A stretch of DNA of 61,643 bases, counting the filler, from Bdellovibrionota bacterium (GTDB lineage: Bacteria > Bdellovibrionota > Bdellovibrionia > Bdellovibrionales > JAEYZS01), in NCBI GenBank assembly GCA_963169515.1. It is 3 parts of 3 records of this genome, joined end to end, with 100 filler letters (N's around TTAATTAATTAA, not from the genome) between each part and the next. Parts side by side here need not be neighbours in the genome. Positions count along the whole stretch, not along the records: positions 1 to 29,221 come from CAUJEF010000087.1; 2 more parts are not named here. The stretch is one strand, 5' to 3'. Shown here in pieces: positions 1 to 9,494 of the stretch. The stretch's first letter is position 1. Each line of letters begins with the position of its first letter. The notes under the pieces were generated by a model, which ran no database searches, had not been told where the DNA came from, and saw nothing but the letters and a program-made list of their open reading frames with translations. The position numbers were made by a program, and so were the translations under genes.

Positions 1-154
1 TCCAGGTCAGAGTGGCTTCAGATCCACAAACAGGTGTGGGGCCCGTGCCACCTCCTGAACCTTGTGAAATTCCTGGGGCCAACTTAATCCCCCCACCACA
101 GCCTTGGATGGTGGTAAAAAGGATAATAAATGAAACATAGACTATTAATTTCAT
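1..154 (-). CDS. Partial lipoprotein (runs off window), paralog of the adjacent FN3 lipoprotein
   Basis: Not in ORF track. ATG at 154 with AGGGGG RBS; reads MKLIVYVSFIILFTTIQGCGGGIKLAPGISQGSGGGTGPTPVCGSEATLTW. Lipobox IQGC; TPVCxxxAxLTW motif shared with 181..744. Confidence 0.75.
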   Translation of the reverse strand, partial: MKLIVYVSFIILFTTIQGCGGGIKLAPGISQGSGGGTGPTPVCGSEATLTW

Positions 155-180
155 TTTCTGTTTACCCCCTTGCAGTGTTA

Positions 181-744
181 TTACCTGTTCATAAGGAAAA
201 CTGAGTCGGCCTTGCACGGAGCCAAGACCTTGGAGACTTCATTCGTTCGGGCACTTTCGCCTCCTGTAGAGTTCTCAGAAGTCATTGCAAAGTAATATGT
301 GAGCCCTGGAGTTAGATTCAAAATGGTATATGTAGTGGCGTTGGGGTTCGCTAGCTCAATGGTGGTGTGGTAATTGCCAGGACTGTTCCCGTATAGAATA
401 TTATAGCCAGCAAGATCTGTTAGAATAGAGCCATCAGTGTTTTGGGTAGGTCGTGTCCATGTCAAGACGGCTCGCGTATCACAAACGGGAGTTGCAGTCG
501 GAGTCGGAGTTGCTGTCGGAGTCGGAGTTGCTGTTGGAGTCGGAGTTGCTGTCGGGGTCGGAGTTGCTGTTGGAGTCGGAGTCGCTGTTGGAGTCGGAGT
601 TGCCGTCGGAGTCGGAGTTGCCGTCGGAGTCGGGCTGCCCAAACTTCCTTGGTTGCTGCCGAAGCGTCGTGACTTAGCGCCATCACAGCTAATAAAAACA
701 ATTGTGAAAAGAATTATGATTAAAAATTGTGCTTTGTTTTTCAT
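181..744 (-). CDS. Lipoprotein with Pro/Thr linker and C-terminal fibronectin type III domain
   Basis: Start re-called at MKNKAQ (ATG 744). Lipobox FISC, (PTPTAT)n linker, FN3 motifs LTW...GYNILYG...[20 protein letters not shown]. Confidence 0.8.
   Translation of the reverse strand: MKNKAQFLIIILFTIVFISCDGAKSRRFGSNQGSLGSPTPTATPTPTATPTPTATPTPTATPTPTATPTPTATPTPTATPTPTATPVCDTRAVLTWTRPTQNTDGSILTDLAGYNILYGNSPGNYHTTIELANPNATTYTILNLTPGLTYYFAMTSENSTGGESARTNEVSKVLAPCKADSVFLMNR
488..631. repeat. 18-bp coding tandem repeat, about 8 copies, encoding PTPTAT on the minus strand
   Basis: Unit ggagttgcNgtYggagtc repeated with third-position variation. Confidence 0.9.
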
Positions 745-849
745 TAAACCACCCCGCTTGAAACCGTATAGGAGAAGAACATTAGACAAAAGTCGCGTCA
801 CAAAGAACCCTTTTCATTCGAATTGTATTGTTTTCATACGAAACTGGAC

Positions 850-876
850 TACAGGATCGGCATTTAATACCGAATT
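850..876 (+). promoter_or_regulatory. Putative sigma28 (FliA) promoter of flagellin
   Basis: TACA-N15-ACCGAATT versus consensus TAAA-N15-GCCGATAA, 100 nt upstream of the flagellin ATG. Confidence 0.5.
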
Positions 877-925
877 GATACACAGGTAAATGATTTTACC
901 TCTCTGTACATGAAGTGCGAGTTGA

Positions 926-970
926 GCCAAACGGATGGCGCCAATCACGGATGATTGTTTTGCAGGGAGG
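926..970 (+). promoter_or_regulatory. CsrA/RsmA-type binding hairpins in the flagellin 5' leader
   Basis: GCCA-AACGGA-TGGC (926-939) and CAATC-ACGGAT-GATTG (942-957) put GGA in hexaloops, followed by the AGGGAGG RBS. Confidence 0.65.
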
Positions 971-975
971 ATAAT

Positions 976-1809
976 ATGGGTCTTAGAATTACGACCAATA
1001 TTGCAGCGATAAATGCTCACCGAAATCTTCGGGGAAGCCAGATGGAGATGGAGAAATCGCTTTCTCGTCTTAGCTCTGGTTACAGAATCAACCAAGCATC
1101 AGACGATGCTGCCGGTTTAGCAATCAGTGAATCGCTAAGAGCGCAAATACGAGGTTTAAGGAAAGCCTCGCAAAACTCGCTTGACGGCATTTCGCTTGTG
1201 CAAGTGGCTGAGGGCGGCCTGAACGAGATATCAAATATCTTGATTCGATTGCGTGAGGTTGCGATCCAAGCGGCCTCTGATACTGTCGGAGATACGGAAA
1301 GAAAATTTATCGATGTCGAATATCAACAGCTGAAATCAGAGATTCAACGTATCACAGAGGTAACGACTTTTAACGGTACAGATCTTTTGAACGGCACCGG
1401 TGGTATTATGGATATACAGGTTGGAATTCAGAACGATCCATTTAAGGACAGGATTACGTTCAATGCAGGTGCTGCGAATTCTTCGTTGGAGTCTTTGGGT
1501 ATTGCGGCAGAAAGTGCAGCAACAAAAATCCAGGCTCAGCAGAGCTTGGCTGCGGTCGATGATGCGATTGTGTCTGTAAACGCTATTCGCGCGAATTTCG
1601 GCGCATTACAAAACCGTTTAAACTCAACAATAAATAATTTAGCAATCTCTGACGAAAACTATTCTGCTGCAAACTCACGTATTCGCGATACAGACGTTGC
1701 GCGTGAATCTTCGGAGTTGATGAGAAACCAAATCTTGGTACAAGCAGGCGTATCAGTCATGCATCAAGCAAATAACATCCAGCAAATGGCATTGAAGCTG
1801 CTGGATTAA
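976..1809 (+). CDS. fliC: Flagellin (277 aa)
   Basis: MGLRITTNIAAINAHRNL...LSSGYRINQASDDAAGLAISE N-terminus and SRIRDTDVARE C-terminus; start re-called at ATG 976 after strong RBS. Confidence 0.97.
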   Translation: MGLRITTNIAAINAHRNLRGSQMEMEKSLSRLSSGYRINQASDDAAGLAISESLRAQIRGLRKASQNSLDGISLVQVAEGGLNEISNILIRLREVAIQAASDTVGDTERKFIDVEYQQLKSEIQRITEVTTFNGTDLLNGTGGIMDIQVGIQNDPFKDRITFNAGAANSSLESLGIAAESAATKIQAQQSLAAVDDAIVSVNAIRANFGALQNRLNSTINNLAISDENYSAANSRIRDTDVARESSELMRNQILVQAGVSVMHQANNIQQMALKLLD

Positions 1810-1818
1810 GAGGATTTT

Positions 1819-1905
1819 ATGATAACGACTCTTAATGAATGGACCGGAACGATCGTCGTCAGCGTAGCCTTTGCGCTGGCGATTTCCTTGGTTATGGCTT
1901 TATAG
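1819..1905 (+). CDS. Putative 28-aa single-transmembrane small protein
   Basis: Below ORF-track cutoff. AAGAGGA RBS directly after flagellin stop; MITTLNEWTGTIVVSVAFALAISLVMAL*. Confidence 0.5.
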   Translation: MITTLNEWTGTIVVSVAFALAISLVMAL

Positions 1906-2262
1906 CAAGAGCGATCGATCGAAGTAGACTTCGTTACGGTAAATTAAATTCTTTTTTAGCTGTACTGTGCAAACGCCAAAACACGTCTTCCTTCCAATTT
2001 GGGCCTTCCATTTATTTACAAAACCATCTTGTAGTGGGATTGAACCTTGATGGGTCCACACCCAGTCTGGGTATTTGGAAAGAAGTTTTTCAAAATATAA
2101 CAGCAAATTTTCTTTCCCGTGGATTCCTTGTGGGACTGCGGGATCCAAGTAAAACGCATCTTCAGCATAGAATGATATAAGCTTCTTTGGTTGGTTACCG
2201 GTCCAGGCTGGAAGCCATAGATCTGTAAAATTTTTTGCTTCCTCAGGAGTATAGAAGTCCAC
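1900..2262 (-). CDS. SnoaL/NTF2-like family protein
   Basis: W.PAWTGN...LISFYAEDAFYLDP...GIHGKENL..YF pattern and C-terminal NEVYFD. Confidence 0.75.
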   Translation of the reverse strand: MDFYTPEEAKNFTDLWLPAWTGNQPKKLISFYAEDAFYLDPAVPQGIHGKENLLLYFEKLLSKYPDWVWTHQGSIPLQDGFVNKWKAQIGRKTCFGVCTVQLKKNLIYRNEVYFDRSLLL

Positions 2263-2301
2263 GGCTTGATTATCTAGCGATAACGAATTGAAATCAATCT
2301 G

Positions 2302-2814
2302 TTACTGGATTTGGATTTCAACAGATCCGAAATTGTTTGCCTTGGTTGGATCGGCGACTTTTGGACGAACGAAATAGAAGCGGTAAGTTCCCGTTGTTAC
2401 ATCAGATCCAACGGAAAACTGACGAGACCACTTGTTTTGGCTACGATTTTCGGCCCAGCCAGAACGAAACAGATCGGTCCAATAAGATGGGTTTGGAAAA
2501 TTTGAAAGACAGTTTCGTTGAGCGTCCTTTTCAGAGCAGACAAGGCCTGAGCTTCCGGCACTAGAAACGCTTGCATATATCGTTTGGCCCGCACTGAATG
2601 AATCTACGGCGCTACCGCCTTCAGCATTTGCAAAAGTCAGCAGAATTGGATCTTTTGGGTCAGAGGCGCTGGCTAGGGTTTGGTTATCAGCGTATTTTAT
2701 TGCAGCTTCCAAATTCAAACTTTGCTTATTGGAGCAGTTTTGAAAAAGAAAAAGAAGGGTCCCCAAACCCACTGTAATACCGGCGGTCTTAAAAATCCAA
2801 CTTCGAGTTATCAA
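2302..2814 (-). CDS. Hypothetical lipoprotein with FQNC lipobox
   Basis: Hydrophobic stretch then FQNCS; start re-called at TTG 2814 behind a GAGGAG RBS. Confidence 0.7.
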   Translation of the reverse strand: MITRSWIFKTAGITVGLGTLLFLFQNCSNKQSLNLEAAIKYADNQTLASASDPKDPILLTFANAEGGSAVDSFSAGQTIYASVSSAGSSGLVCSEKDAQRNCLSNFPNPSYWTDLFRSGWAENRSQNKWSRQFSVGSDVTTGTYRFYFVRPKVADPTKANNFGSVEIQIQ

Positions 2815-2837
2815 AAATACTCCTCGTCTATTAGGAC

Positions 2838-2864
2838 TTATCGGACTTTTTTGGTAAAAGTAAA
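2838..2864 (-). promoter_or_regulatory. Putative sigma28 (FliA) promoter
   Basis: Minus strand TTTA-N15-TCCGATAA just upstream of the lipoprotein RBS. Confidence 0.55.
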
Positions 2865-2949
2865 TCATTTTGAGGCAACAGTATAAGTTTTTGATTTCTC
2901 TAGTGATTTTCTTTGTTTTTTGGTTCGAATCGACCTATTATCTAACTTC

Positions 2950-5016
2950 ATGGCTCAGTACAATGAAATTAGCGGCGTAGTAAAAAGGCATCCTGACGGT
3001 TACGGCTTTTTAATTCCAGACAATAAAGAACATCCTGACGTTTATATGCCGAAACAGGAAATGGTCGGGGTGATGTCAAATGACTATATCGCAGCTCGTG
3101 TTTTTCCGGATCAAGGTGGCAATAAATTTCGAGGCCAACTTCGTAAAGTAATTAGACGAGCCCACGCGACCATTATTGGCAGGTTCCACGATTTCAATGG
3201 CGTTGATGGCCTTGTTCTGGATTCAAATAATGATTGGGGGACAAATCTTGTAGTTCCGTCACGATGGAAAAATAACGCGAAAAAAGGGGACTTGGTTATC
3301 GTCGATGTGCAAACCTATCCAGATCAGGACAACCCGTTTACGGGCCGAGTGGTTGAGGTCTTGGGTCAATCCGACAGCGCGTTATTGGATACTAAAAAAA
3401 TGATTATCACTCATAAAATTCCGTATCAGTTTTCTGAAGAAACAATCCGAGAAAGCGAGAAGCTGTCGCCAAATCCAACAGAGCGAGATTATCGGGATCG
3501 TAAAGATTTGCGGGGTCTATCGCTCATAACAATCGACGGAAAAACAGCCAAGGACTTTGACGACGCAATTTATGTCGAGACAAATTCGCAAGGCTTTCGA
3601 TTGATAGTGGCGATTGCGGATGTCAGCCACTATGTCCGAGTAGGGTCAGCAATTGACCGCGATGCCTATGCTCGCGGGACAAGCACATATTTTCCAAACT
3701 TCGTTGTTCCGATGCTTCCGGAAATTTTATCTAATGAGTTGTGTTCGTTAAAACCAAGCGTTCCGCGTCTGTGCATGGTGGCGGAAATGCAGCTTAATTT
3801 TCAAGGCGATACTGTAAAGTCAGAATTTTATGAAGCGGTTATGGAAAGCAAGGCACGTGTAACGTATGGCGAGGCTCAGGAAGTGATTGATGGAAATTCA
3901 TCTGAAAAATTGCTTCATGTAAAAGACGCTATTTTAAAAGCTGCGGATCTTGCTAAGATTTTGATGGCGCGTCGATTTAAAAATGGATCTCTGGATTTGG
4001 AAATCCCAGAAACTCAAGTCGTCGTCAATGAGTTGGGCGAGACTATTGACATCATCAAATCCGAACGCATTTTTTCAAATCGTCTGATCGAAGAATTGAT
4101 GTTGGCGGCAAATGTTGCCGTCGCTCATTTTATTGCTTCTAAAGAAACACCATCTTTATACCGCATTCACGAACAGCCAAAGCCCGAGAGCATAGATCTG
4201 CTGAATGGATTTTTATATGCGTTTGGAGGACGAGAGCGTCTTACAGGGAAAGCATTGCAGAAGCGAATTACAAAAGCATTGGAAGAATTCGAGGGAAGAC
4301 CCGAAGAGCAGATTCTTCATATTTTGACATTGCGTACGATGCAACAAGCCCGTTATGACAAGGACAACTTCGGCCATTTTGGACTGGGATTTGAAGAGTA
4401 TACTCATTTTACCTCTCCCATTAGGCGGTATCCTGATTTGATTGTTCATAGAGTTTTAAAAAATGCGATAGGGGTTCCTGGTTATGAAGTTCCTGCCCCA
4501 ACAAATCTCGATGCCGCCGGTACTGTATTAAGCGCTTGTGAGCAACGATCTGTGAAAGCTGAACGGCAACTGATTTCAATTAAAAAAGCTCGATTTATGC
4601 AGCAGTTCCTAGGCCAGGAATTTGAAGGTATAATTAGCTCAGTTACCAAGTTCGGCATATTCGTTTTACTGCGAAAATTTGACGTAGATGGTCTTGTTAA
4701 AATCGAGGATTTGGGAAATGATCATTTTAAGTTCGATCTAGAACATTTGACCTTGATCGGGAAAAAAACAGGGATAAAATTTCAAATAGGCGACCCTTTG
4801 ACGATTCAGGTGGCTTCCACCGATTCTGACAAAGGACAGATCGATTTTACATTGCCGGGAAGGGCAAAGAGTGTTGTCCCGAAAAGAATGGAAGAACATG
4901 GAAATAATCAAAACAGGCACTCACATCCAAAAAACACTAAAGAGCGCAAGTCGTTTAAGAACAATCGTAGGGGTATTCGCAAAACACGGGTTTCAAAACA
5001 TTCTAGAAAAGGCTAG
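2950..5016 (+). CDS. rnr: Ribonuclease R
   Basis: HPDGYGF cold-shock domain, RNB motifs TIDGKTAKDFDDA and YTHFTSPIRRYPDL, S1 domain, basic C-terminal tail. Confidence 0.95.
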   Translation: MAQYNEISGVVKRHPDGYGFLIPDNKEHPDVYMPKQEMVGVMSNDYIAARVFPDQGGNKFRGQLRKVIRRAHATIIGRFHDFNGVDGLVLDSNNDWGTNLVVPSRWKNNAKKGDLVIVDVQTYPDQDNPFTGRVVEVLGQSDSALLDTKKMIITHKIPYQFSEETIRESEKLSPNPTERDYRDRKDLRGLSLITIDGKTAKDFDDAIYVETNSQGFRLIVAIADVSHYVRVGSAIDRDAYARGTSTYFPNFVVPMLPEILSNELCSLKPSVPRLCMVAEMQLNFQGDTVKSEFYEAVMESKARVTYGEAQEVIDGNSSEKLLHVKDAILKAADLAKILMARRFKNGSLDLEIPETQVVVNELGETIDIIKSERIFSNRLIEELMLAANVAVAHFIASKETPSLYRIHEQPKPESIDLLNGFLYAFGGRERLTGKALQKRITKALEEFEGRPEEQILHILTLRTMQQARYDKDNFGHFGLGFEEYTHFTSPIRRYPDLIVHRVLKNAIGVPGYEVPAPTNLDAAGTVLSACEQRSVKAERQLISIKKARFMQQFLGQEFEGIISSVTKFGIFVLLRKFDVDGLVKIEDLGNDHFKFDLEHLTLIGKKTGIKFQIGDPLTIQVASTDSDKGQIDFTLPGRAKSVVPKRMEEHGNNQNRHSHPKNTKERKSFKNNRRGIRKTRVSKHSRKG

Positions 5017-6568
5017 ATTAGGTCGTTTTTTTTTAGACAAGCTTTCGGATTCATCGGCCCAAAGGTATTCGGCAGCTGAGCGTATGCGTATGTGTTTTGA
5101 AGAATTGGGTCCCACCTTTATAAAGTTAGGTCAATTACTTGCAACACGTCCAGACCTTGTTCCGCTTGAGTTTTCAAACGAGTTCAAAAAGCTTCAAGAT
5201 AATGTTCAGCCGGTAAAATTCACAGAAATACTGACTACGCTCCAATCTCACTATGGTGGGGACGAGCACAAAGTTTTTAGAAATATTGTTGAACAACCGC
5301 TTGCTACCGCAAGCATTGCACAAGTTCATATGGCGCAGCTCCACAGTGGACACGAGGTTGTCGTAAAAGTGCGCAGACCAGGCATTATCAAGTTAATAAA
5401 TGAAGATTTAAATGTTTTATACACGATTGCCTCGCTTGTTGAAACGTATGTGCCAGAGCTGAAGGTTTACAACCCAACGGCGATTGTTGATGAGTTTTTT
5501 AAAACGATGGAGCTAGAGACCAATTTTATAGTCGAAGCCAACAATATCCTGAGATTTCAAAAAAACTTTGAAGATGATCCTCAAGTCAAAATTCCAAAGG
5601 TTTATTTAGAATATTCAAGTGAAGACGTTCTAGTTATGGAGATGTTGGATGGTATGCCGCTTAGCCAAGCACAGTCATTGGATCAGCAGGGTGTTGATCG
5701 GATAGCGCTTGCGAAAAAAGGTATCCGCATATTTTTTAAAATGGTTTTTCAGGATCGCTTTTTCCACGGAGATCTTCACGCCGGGAACCTATTTATTCTC
5801 CCACAGGGGCGTTTGGGCTTGGTTGATTTTGGGGTCGTTGGGAGACTGAGCCTTAAATCGCGAGATGCGATTGCGAATATTTTTATATCCCTTGCACAAG
5901 AAGATTACGATGGTATGGCAATAGAGTTTGCAGAACTCACAACCACGACAGGGTTTGTGGATGTGGACCAATTGGCCCGTGATCTACGTGACCTGATATC
6001 GCCATATTTTGGTTTAAGTTTTAAAAATATAAATACGGGTCGGATACTGCTGGATGCCGCGGGCCTAGCGGCAAAACACAAAGTGTATCTTCCTCCCGAG
6101 CTTATGCTGTTTTTTAAGTCCATTGTCACAATCGAAGGTATGGGACGGCAGATCGTCGAAGATTTTGATATTTTGGAACAAACACTTGTTATTGCAAATG
6201 AAATCATCAAATCAAAATATGACCCGAATCGCGTGATGAAAGATGTTGCGCTTCTTGCGAAAGATTCTCTAAGTTTGATTTATGATCTTCCAAGGCAAAT
6301 TCGATATTCTCTTAAGAAATGGAATCAATCTGAAGGTTATAAAAACATTCGCATTGATCAGTTTACTGAGTTTAAACGATCTATCGAAACCTCTGCAAAC
6401 CTATTGTTTTTGGGTTTTATAATTGGCTGTTTGATTATTAGTGGTGCGATGGCGCTCGGTAACCAAACTTTGCCAACTCTGTTGGGATTGCCAGTTGTTA
6501 GCACAGTTTGTTATGGTTTGGCGTCGATATTAGCTATGGTAAGCTTGATAAATTATTTGAGGAAATAA
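4898..6568 (+). CDS. ubiB: AarF/ABC1/UbiB family atypical kinase
   Basis: ELGPTFIKLGQ, ATASIAQVH, VKV, FFHGDLHAGN, DFG motifs; two C-terminal TM helices. Confidence 0.88.
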   Translation: MEIIKTGTHIQKTLKSASRLRTIVGVFAKHGFQNILEKARLGRFFLDKLSDSSAQRYSAAERMRMCFEELGPTFIKLGQLLATRPDLVPLEFSNEFKKLQDNVQPVKFTEILTTLQSHYGGDEHKVFRNIVEQPLATASIAQVHMAQLHSGHEVVVKVRRPGIIKLINEDLNVLYTIASLVETYVPELKVYNPTAIVDEFFKTMELETNFIVEANNILRFQKNFEDDPQVKIPKVYLEYSSEDVLVMEMLDGMPLSQAQSLDQQGVDRIALAKKGIRIFFKMVFQDRFFHGDLHAGNLFILPQGRLGLVDFGVVGRLSLKSRDAIANIFISLAQEDYDGMAIEFAELTTTTGFVDVDQLARDLRDLISPYFGLSFKNINTGRILLDAAGLAAKHKVYLPPELMLFFKSIVTIEGMGRQIVEDFDILEQTLVIANEIIKSKYDPNRVMKDVALLAKDSLSLIYDLPRQIRYSLKKWNQSEGYKNIRIDQFTEFKRSIETSANLLFLGFIIGCLIISGAMALGNQTLPTLLGLPVVSTVCYGLASILAMVSLINYLRK

Positions 6569-6569
6569 A

Positions 6570-7937
6570 ATGATCCCTGTAATTCTTTCGGGCGGCAGCG
6601 GCACCCGGCTATGGCCTAAATCAAGAGCGTCTTGTCCAAAGCAATTTGCTGAATTGCTAGAGGAATCACTTCAATTAAAAACACTAAAGCGCCTTAAGAA
6701 TCTGGGCGAACCTTGGGTCTTAACTGTCAGGGACTTAGAGGTTCTGACAAAAAAAACTTTGAACGAAGCGGGCGTTCCTGTAACCAACGCCATCTATGAA
6801 CCCTTTGGACAAAACACGGGGCCGGCAATAGCACTTTTGTGTTATTTATTCATGGCCCAAAACAAACAAGACAAAATCGTCGGAATTTTCCCGGCAGATC
6901 ATCTCATAGAAAATATGGAAGGCTTCGCGCAAGCTGTAAAATTAGGCGAAGAGTTTGCACAAAAAGATCAGGTCGTTACCATCGGAATTAAGCCTAATTA
7001 TCCAGCAACAGGTTACGGTTACATCGAAGTAGATTTGAACCAATTTCAGTCGGGTACAGAGTCCAGATTAAAAGTTTATAAAACAAAGAATTTTCGGGAA
7101 AAGCCAAACGAAGTGACTGCACAAAAATTTATCGATAAAGGTAATTTTTTTTGGAATGCGGGGATGTTTATTTTTAAAGTGAAAATTATGGCTGAGCATA
7201 TGCAAAGGTTTATGCCGGAAACGTGGCACGAATTGAAGAATTTAAAGCCAGATATTTCCAATATTTCAGTGATTTATAAAAGGCTAAAAAATGAAAGTAT
7301 CGATTATGCTGTGATGGAGAAACTAGAAGAGCAGGTTTGTGTTCCCTGCGAAATTGGCTGGACCGATTTGGGTAGTTGGGATGAAATATCCAAGTATAAA
7401 AAAAACGAAGATAATGTCATTGAAGCATCAGCGCAAAATAATTTTGTTTCTGGTATCGCGAGCAAGTCCTATGCATTTAGCGATGTTGACAATCTTGTTG
7501 TTGTTGACACGCCAGACGCTATTTTGATCACCCAAAAAGGGAAAACTCAGAATGTAAAAAATCTAACAAACGTCATAAAGGAAAAAAAACCAAGTCTTTT
7601 GAAGGATCATGTTTTTGAGCATCGCCCTTGGGGCGTGTATGAAATATTGCGTGACTCGAAAAGATTTAAATCTAAAGTAATCCACGTTAATCCTGGACAG
7701 CAATTGTCGTATCAATCGCACACCAAGCGCGCTGAACACTGGATAATTACAAATGGAAACCCAGAAGTTATTTTAGATGATAAAATGTTTAGTTTGAAGC
7801 CAGGTGAGCACATTTTTATCCCACAGGGATCCAAGCACAGAATGCGAAATCCTGGGACAGAGGCTGTTGAGTTCGTCGAAGTACAAATTGGATCTTACTT
7901 CGGCGAAGACGACATAACAAGATACTCCGATGCCTAG
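6570..7937 (+). CDS. manC: Mannose-1-phosphate guanylyltransferase / mannose-6-phosphate isomerase
   Basis: PVILSGGSGTRLWP.SR...PKQF, TGYGYI, WNAGMF, cupin RPWG...LSYQSH...EHW. Confidence 0.95.
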   Translation: MIPVILSGGSGTRLWPKSRASCPKQFAELLEESLQLKTLKRLKNLGEPWVLTVRDLEVLTKKTLNEAGVPVTNAIYEPFGQNTGPAIALLCYLFMAQNKQDKIVGIFPADHLIENMEGFAQAVKLGEEFAQKDQVVTIGIKPNYPATGYGYIEVDLNQFQSGTESRLKVYKTKNFREKPNEVTAQKFIDKGNFFWNAGMFIFKVKIMAEHMQRFMPETWHELKNLKPDISNISVIYKRLKNESIDYAVMEKLEEQVCVPCEIGWTDLGSWDEISKYKKNEDNVIEASAQNNFVSGIASKSYAFSDVDNLVVVDTPDAILITQKGKTQNVKNLTNVIKEKKPSLLKDHVFEHRPWGVYEILRDSKRFKSKVIHVNPGQQLSYQSHTKRAEHWIITNGNPEVILDDKMFSLKPGEHIFIPQGSKHRMRNPGTEAVEFVEVQIGSYFGEDDITRYSDA

Positions 7938-8568
7938 GGTGCCAGGCACCAGCCGTCCGATACTCGGATACTTTTTGGCCTCGGTCTTGGTTAGCTTCAG
8001 TCTGAGTGGTTGCGTGACATCTGCCCCCGACAATTCGCTGAAAAATCGAGGGAAATATTTCATACACGCGCACACAGGATCCCCGATTCTCACAAATATT
8101 AAAGATTGGCAGCTTATCAATAACTCTATTGTTGATAACTTGACCCCGGATATTGGTGTTGCTGTATCTTACAAACCAAAAAGTGCGACAGAGTCTTCGC
8201 CGATCATTACAATTTTTGTGGTTTACAGAAAAGCCAAGCTAGATCCCAAGACGGTTGTTGAAGTTCGGATGAAGGGAAGCATTCCACACATGAAATTGAA
8301 CCGGGCGGAACCATTGATCCTTCCAGATGGAACTACGGTAGATTCAGATGTCTATAATTACTTGGGGTACATAAGCGTCCCATTTGTGGGAACCTATCTT
8401 CCCGTTCAACCAGAAGAAGGAAACGAGATCGAGGGATACTTGATTCAGGACCCCCGACTTACAAATAGAATTTATTGGATCCAAGTTGCAAAAGAATTTC
8501 AAAGTCGTGATATGAAATCCATTCTTAAGTTTCTTCGGCAATACATAAGCTCAACCAAAAAAAACTGA
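7930..8568 (+). CDS. Hypothetical lipoprotein
   Basis: Lipobox LSGC after hydrophobic stretch; start overlaps manC stop. Confidence 0.65.
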   Translation: MPRVPGTSRPILGYFLASVLVSFSLSGCVTSAPDNSLKNRGKYFIHAHTGSPILTNIKDWQLINNSIVDNLTPDIGVAVSYKPKSATESSPIITIFVVYRKAKLDPKTVVEVRMKGSIPHMKLNRAEPLILPDGTTVDSDVYNYLGYISVPFVGTYLPVQPEEGNEIEGYLIQDPRLTNRIYWIQVAKEFQSRDMKSILKFLRQYISSTKKN

Positions 8569-8570
8569 GA

Positions 8571-9494
8571 TTATTGGGGTTCTGACCAGTTTCTCCAGGC
8601 AACCATTGCGGCACCTAAGCTTCCAGCGGAATCACCAACAACATGTTGGTAAACTGGCGGTGGATTTTTTGAAACAAACAACTGTGTAGGGAGATCTTCT
8701 GATATGTTTTCATAGATTGATTTTTGTAAACTGACTCCGCCACCCAATACAAAATAATCTGGATCTAAAACATTTGCGATGTTTCCAAGGAATGCTGCCA
8801 AATTTTTTTGATAATTTTTTAAGACATTGCCGGATGCTTGGAATACATCGGGGGCTGGTAGCTTTTTTCCGGTTTCGTTAAACTGTTCCAGTTCGATTGC
8901 GGGTCCGGACAAGTACTGTTCTGCACAACCCTTACGATCACAGTAACAGGCACGGCCATTAGGGTGAAGTGTCATGTGTCCGATTTCTCCGCCAGCGCCG
9001 CGGCGGCCGCCAACGACTTTTCCATTGATGACAACTCCACCGCCAACTCCTGTTCCGAGTATAACGCCAACGGCGTTTTGCTTTTCACAGGGAACTCCAA
9101 AATCCTTTTCATAGTTCACCCCAGCCCCCGCATAGACCTCAGCAAGGGCAAAACAGTTAGCGTCGTTTTCGATTAAAACGGGGGCTCCAAAATTCAAGTT
9201 TTTCTTAAGATCTTCAGCAAGGGGCATGTTTTCAAGGGCACGAGTGTTACCCTTGATCATCATCCCTGTTTTTGGATCGACGGTGCCTGGTAAACCAATT
9301 CCAATCGCAATGAGTTCTTTCGTGTTGGGACAAGTGTCTTTTATCAAATGGGTAAGATTTTCTATAATTCTATAATAGCCTTGATCGCGGTCAGTAGCTG
9401 TTCGTTTTTTTTGAAGAACATTTACACCGGCAGTTTTTTTTTCAATCAAGATGGCTTCTAACTTGGTTCCACCAATATCGATACCTAAATACAT
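8571..9494 (-). CDS. ROK family sugar kinase
   Basis: GIDIGGTK, ENDANC, GTGVGGG, GEIGH, CYCDRKGCAE zinc motif; start re-called at ATG 9494 (TGATG coupling to upstream gene). Confidence 0.92.
   Translation of the reverse strand: MYLGIDIGGTKLEAILIEKKTAGVNVLQKKRTATDRDQGYYRIIENLTHLIKDTCPNTKELIAIGIGLPGTVDPKTGMMIKGNTRALENMPLAEDLKKNLNFGAPVLIENDANCFALAEVYAGAGVNYEKDFGVPCEKQNAVGVILGTGVGGGVVINGKVVGGRRGAGGEIGHMTLHPNGRACYCDRKGCAEQYLSGPAIELEQFNETGKKLPAPDVFQASGNVLKNYQKNLAAFLGNIANVLDPDYFVLGGGVSLQKSIYENISEDLPTQLFVSKNPPPVYQHVVGDSAGSLGAAMVAWRNWSEPQ

Noticed and set aside
488..631. Possible CRISPR array
   Set aside because: Contiguous tandem units without spacers, inside a CDS; no cas genes in the window.
437..889. 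Plus-strand ORFs with GVAVGV, ESELL or SRSCC repeats, and the minus-strand alternative frame 462..701
   Set aside because: Shadow frames of the 18-bp PT repeat; only the 181..744 frame has a lipobox and an FN3 domain.
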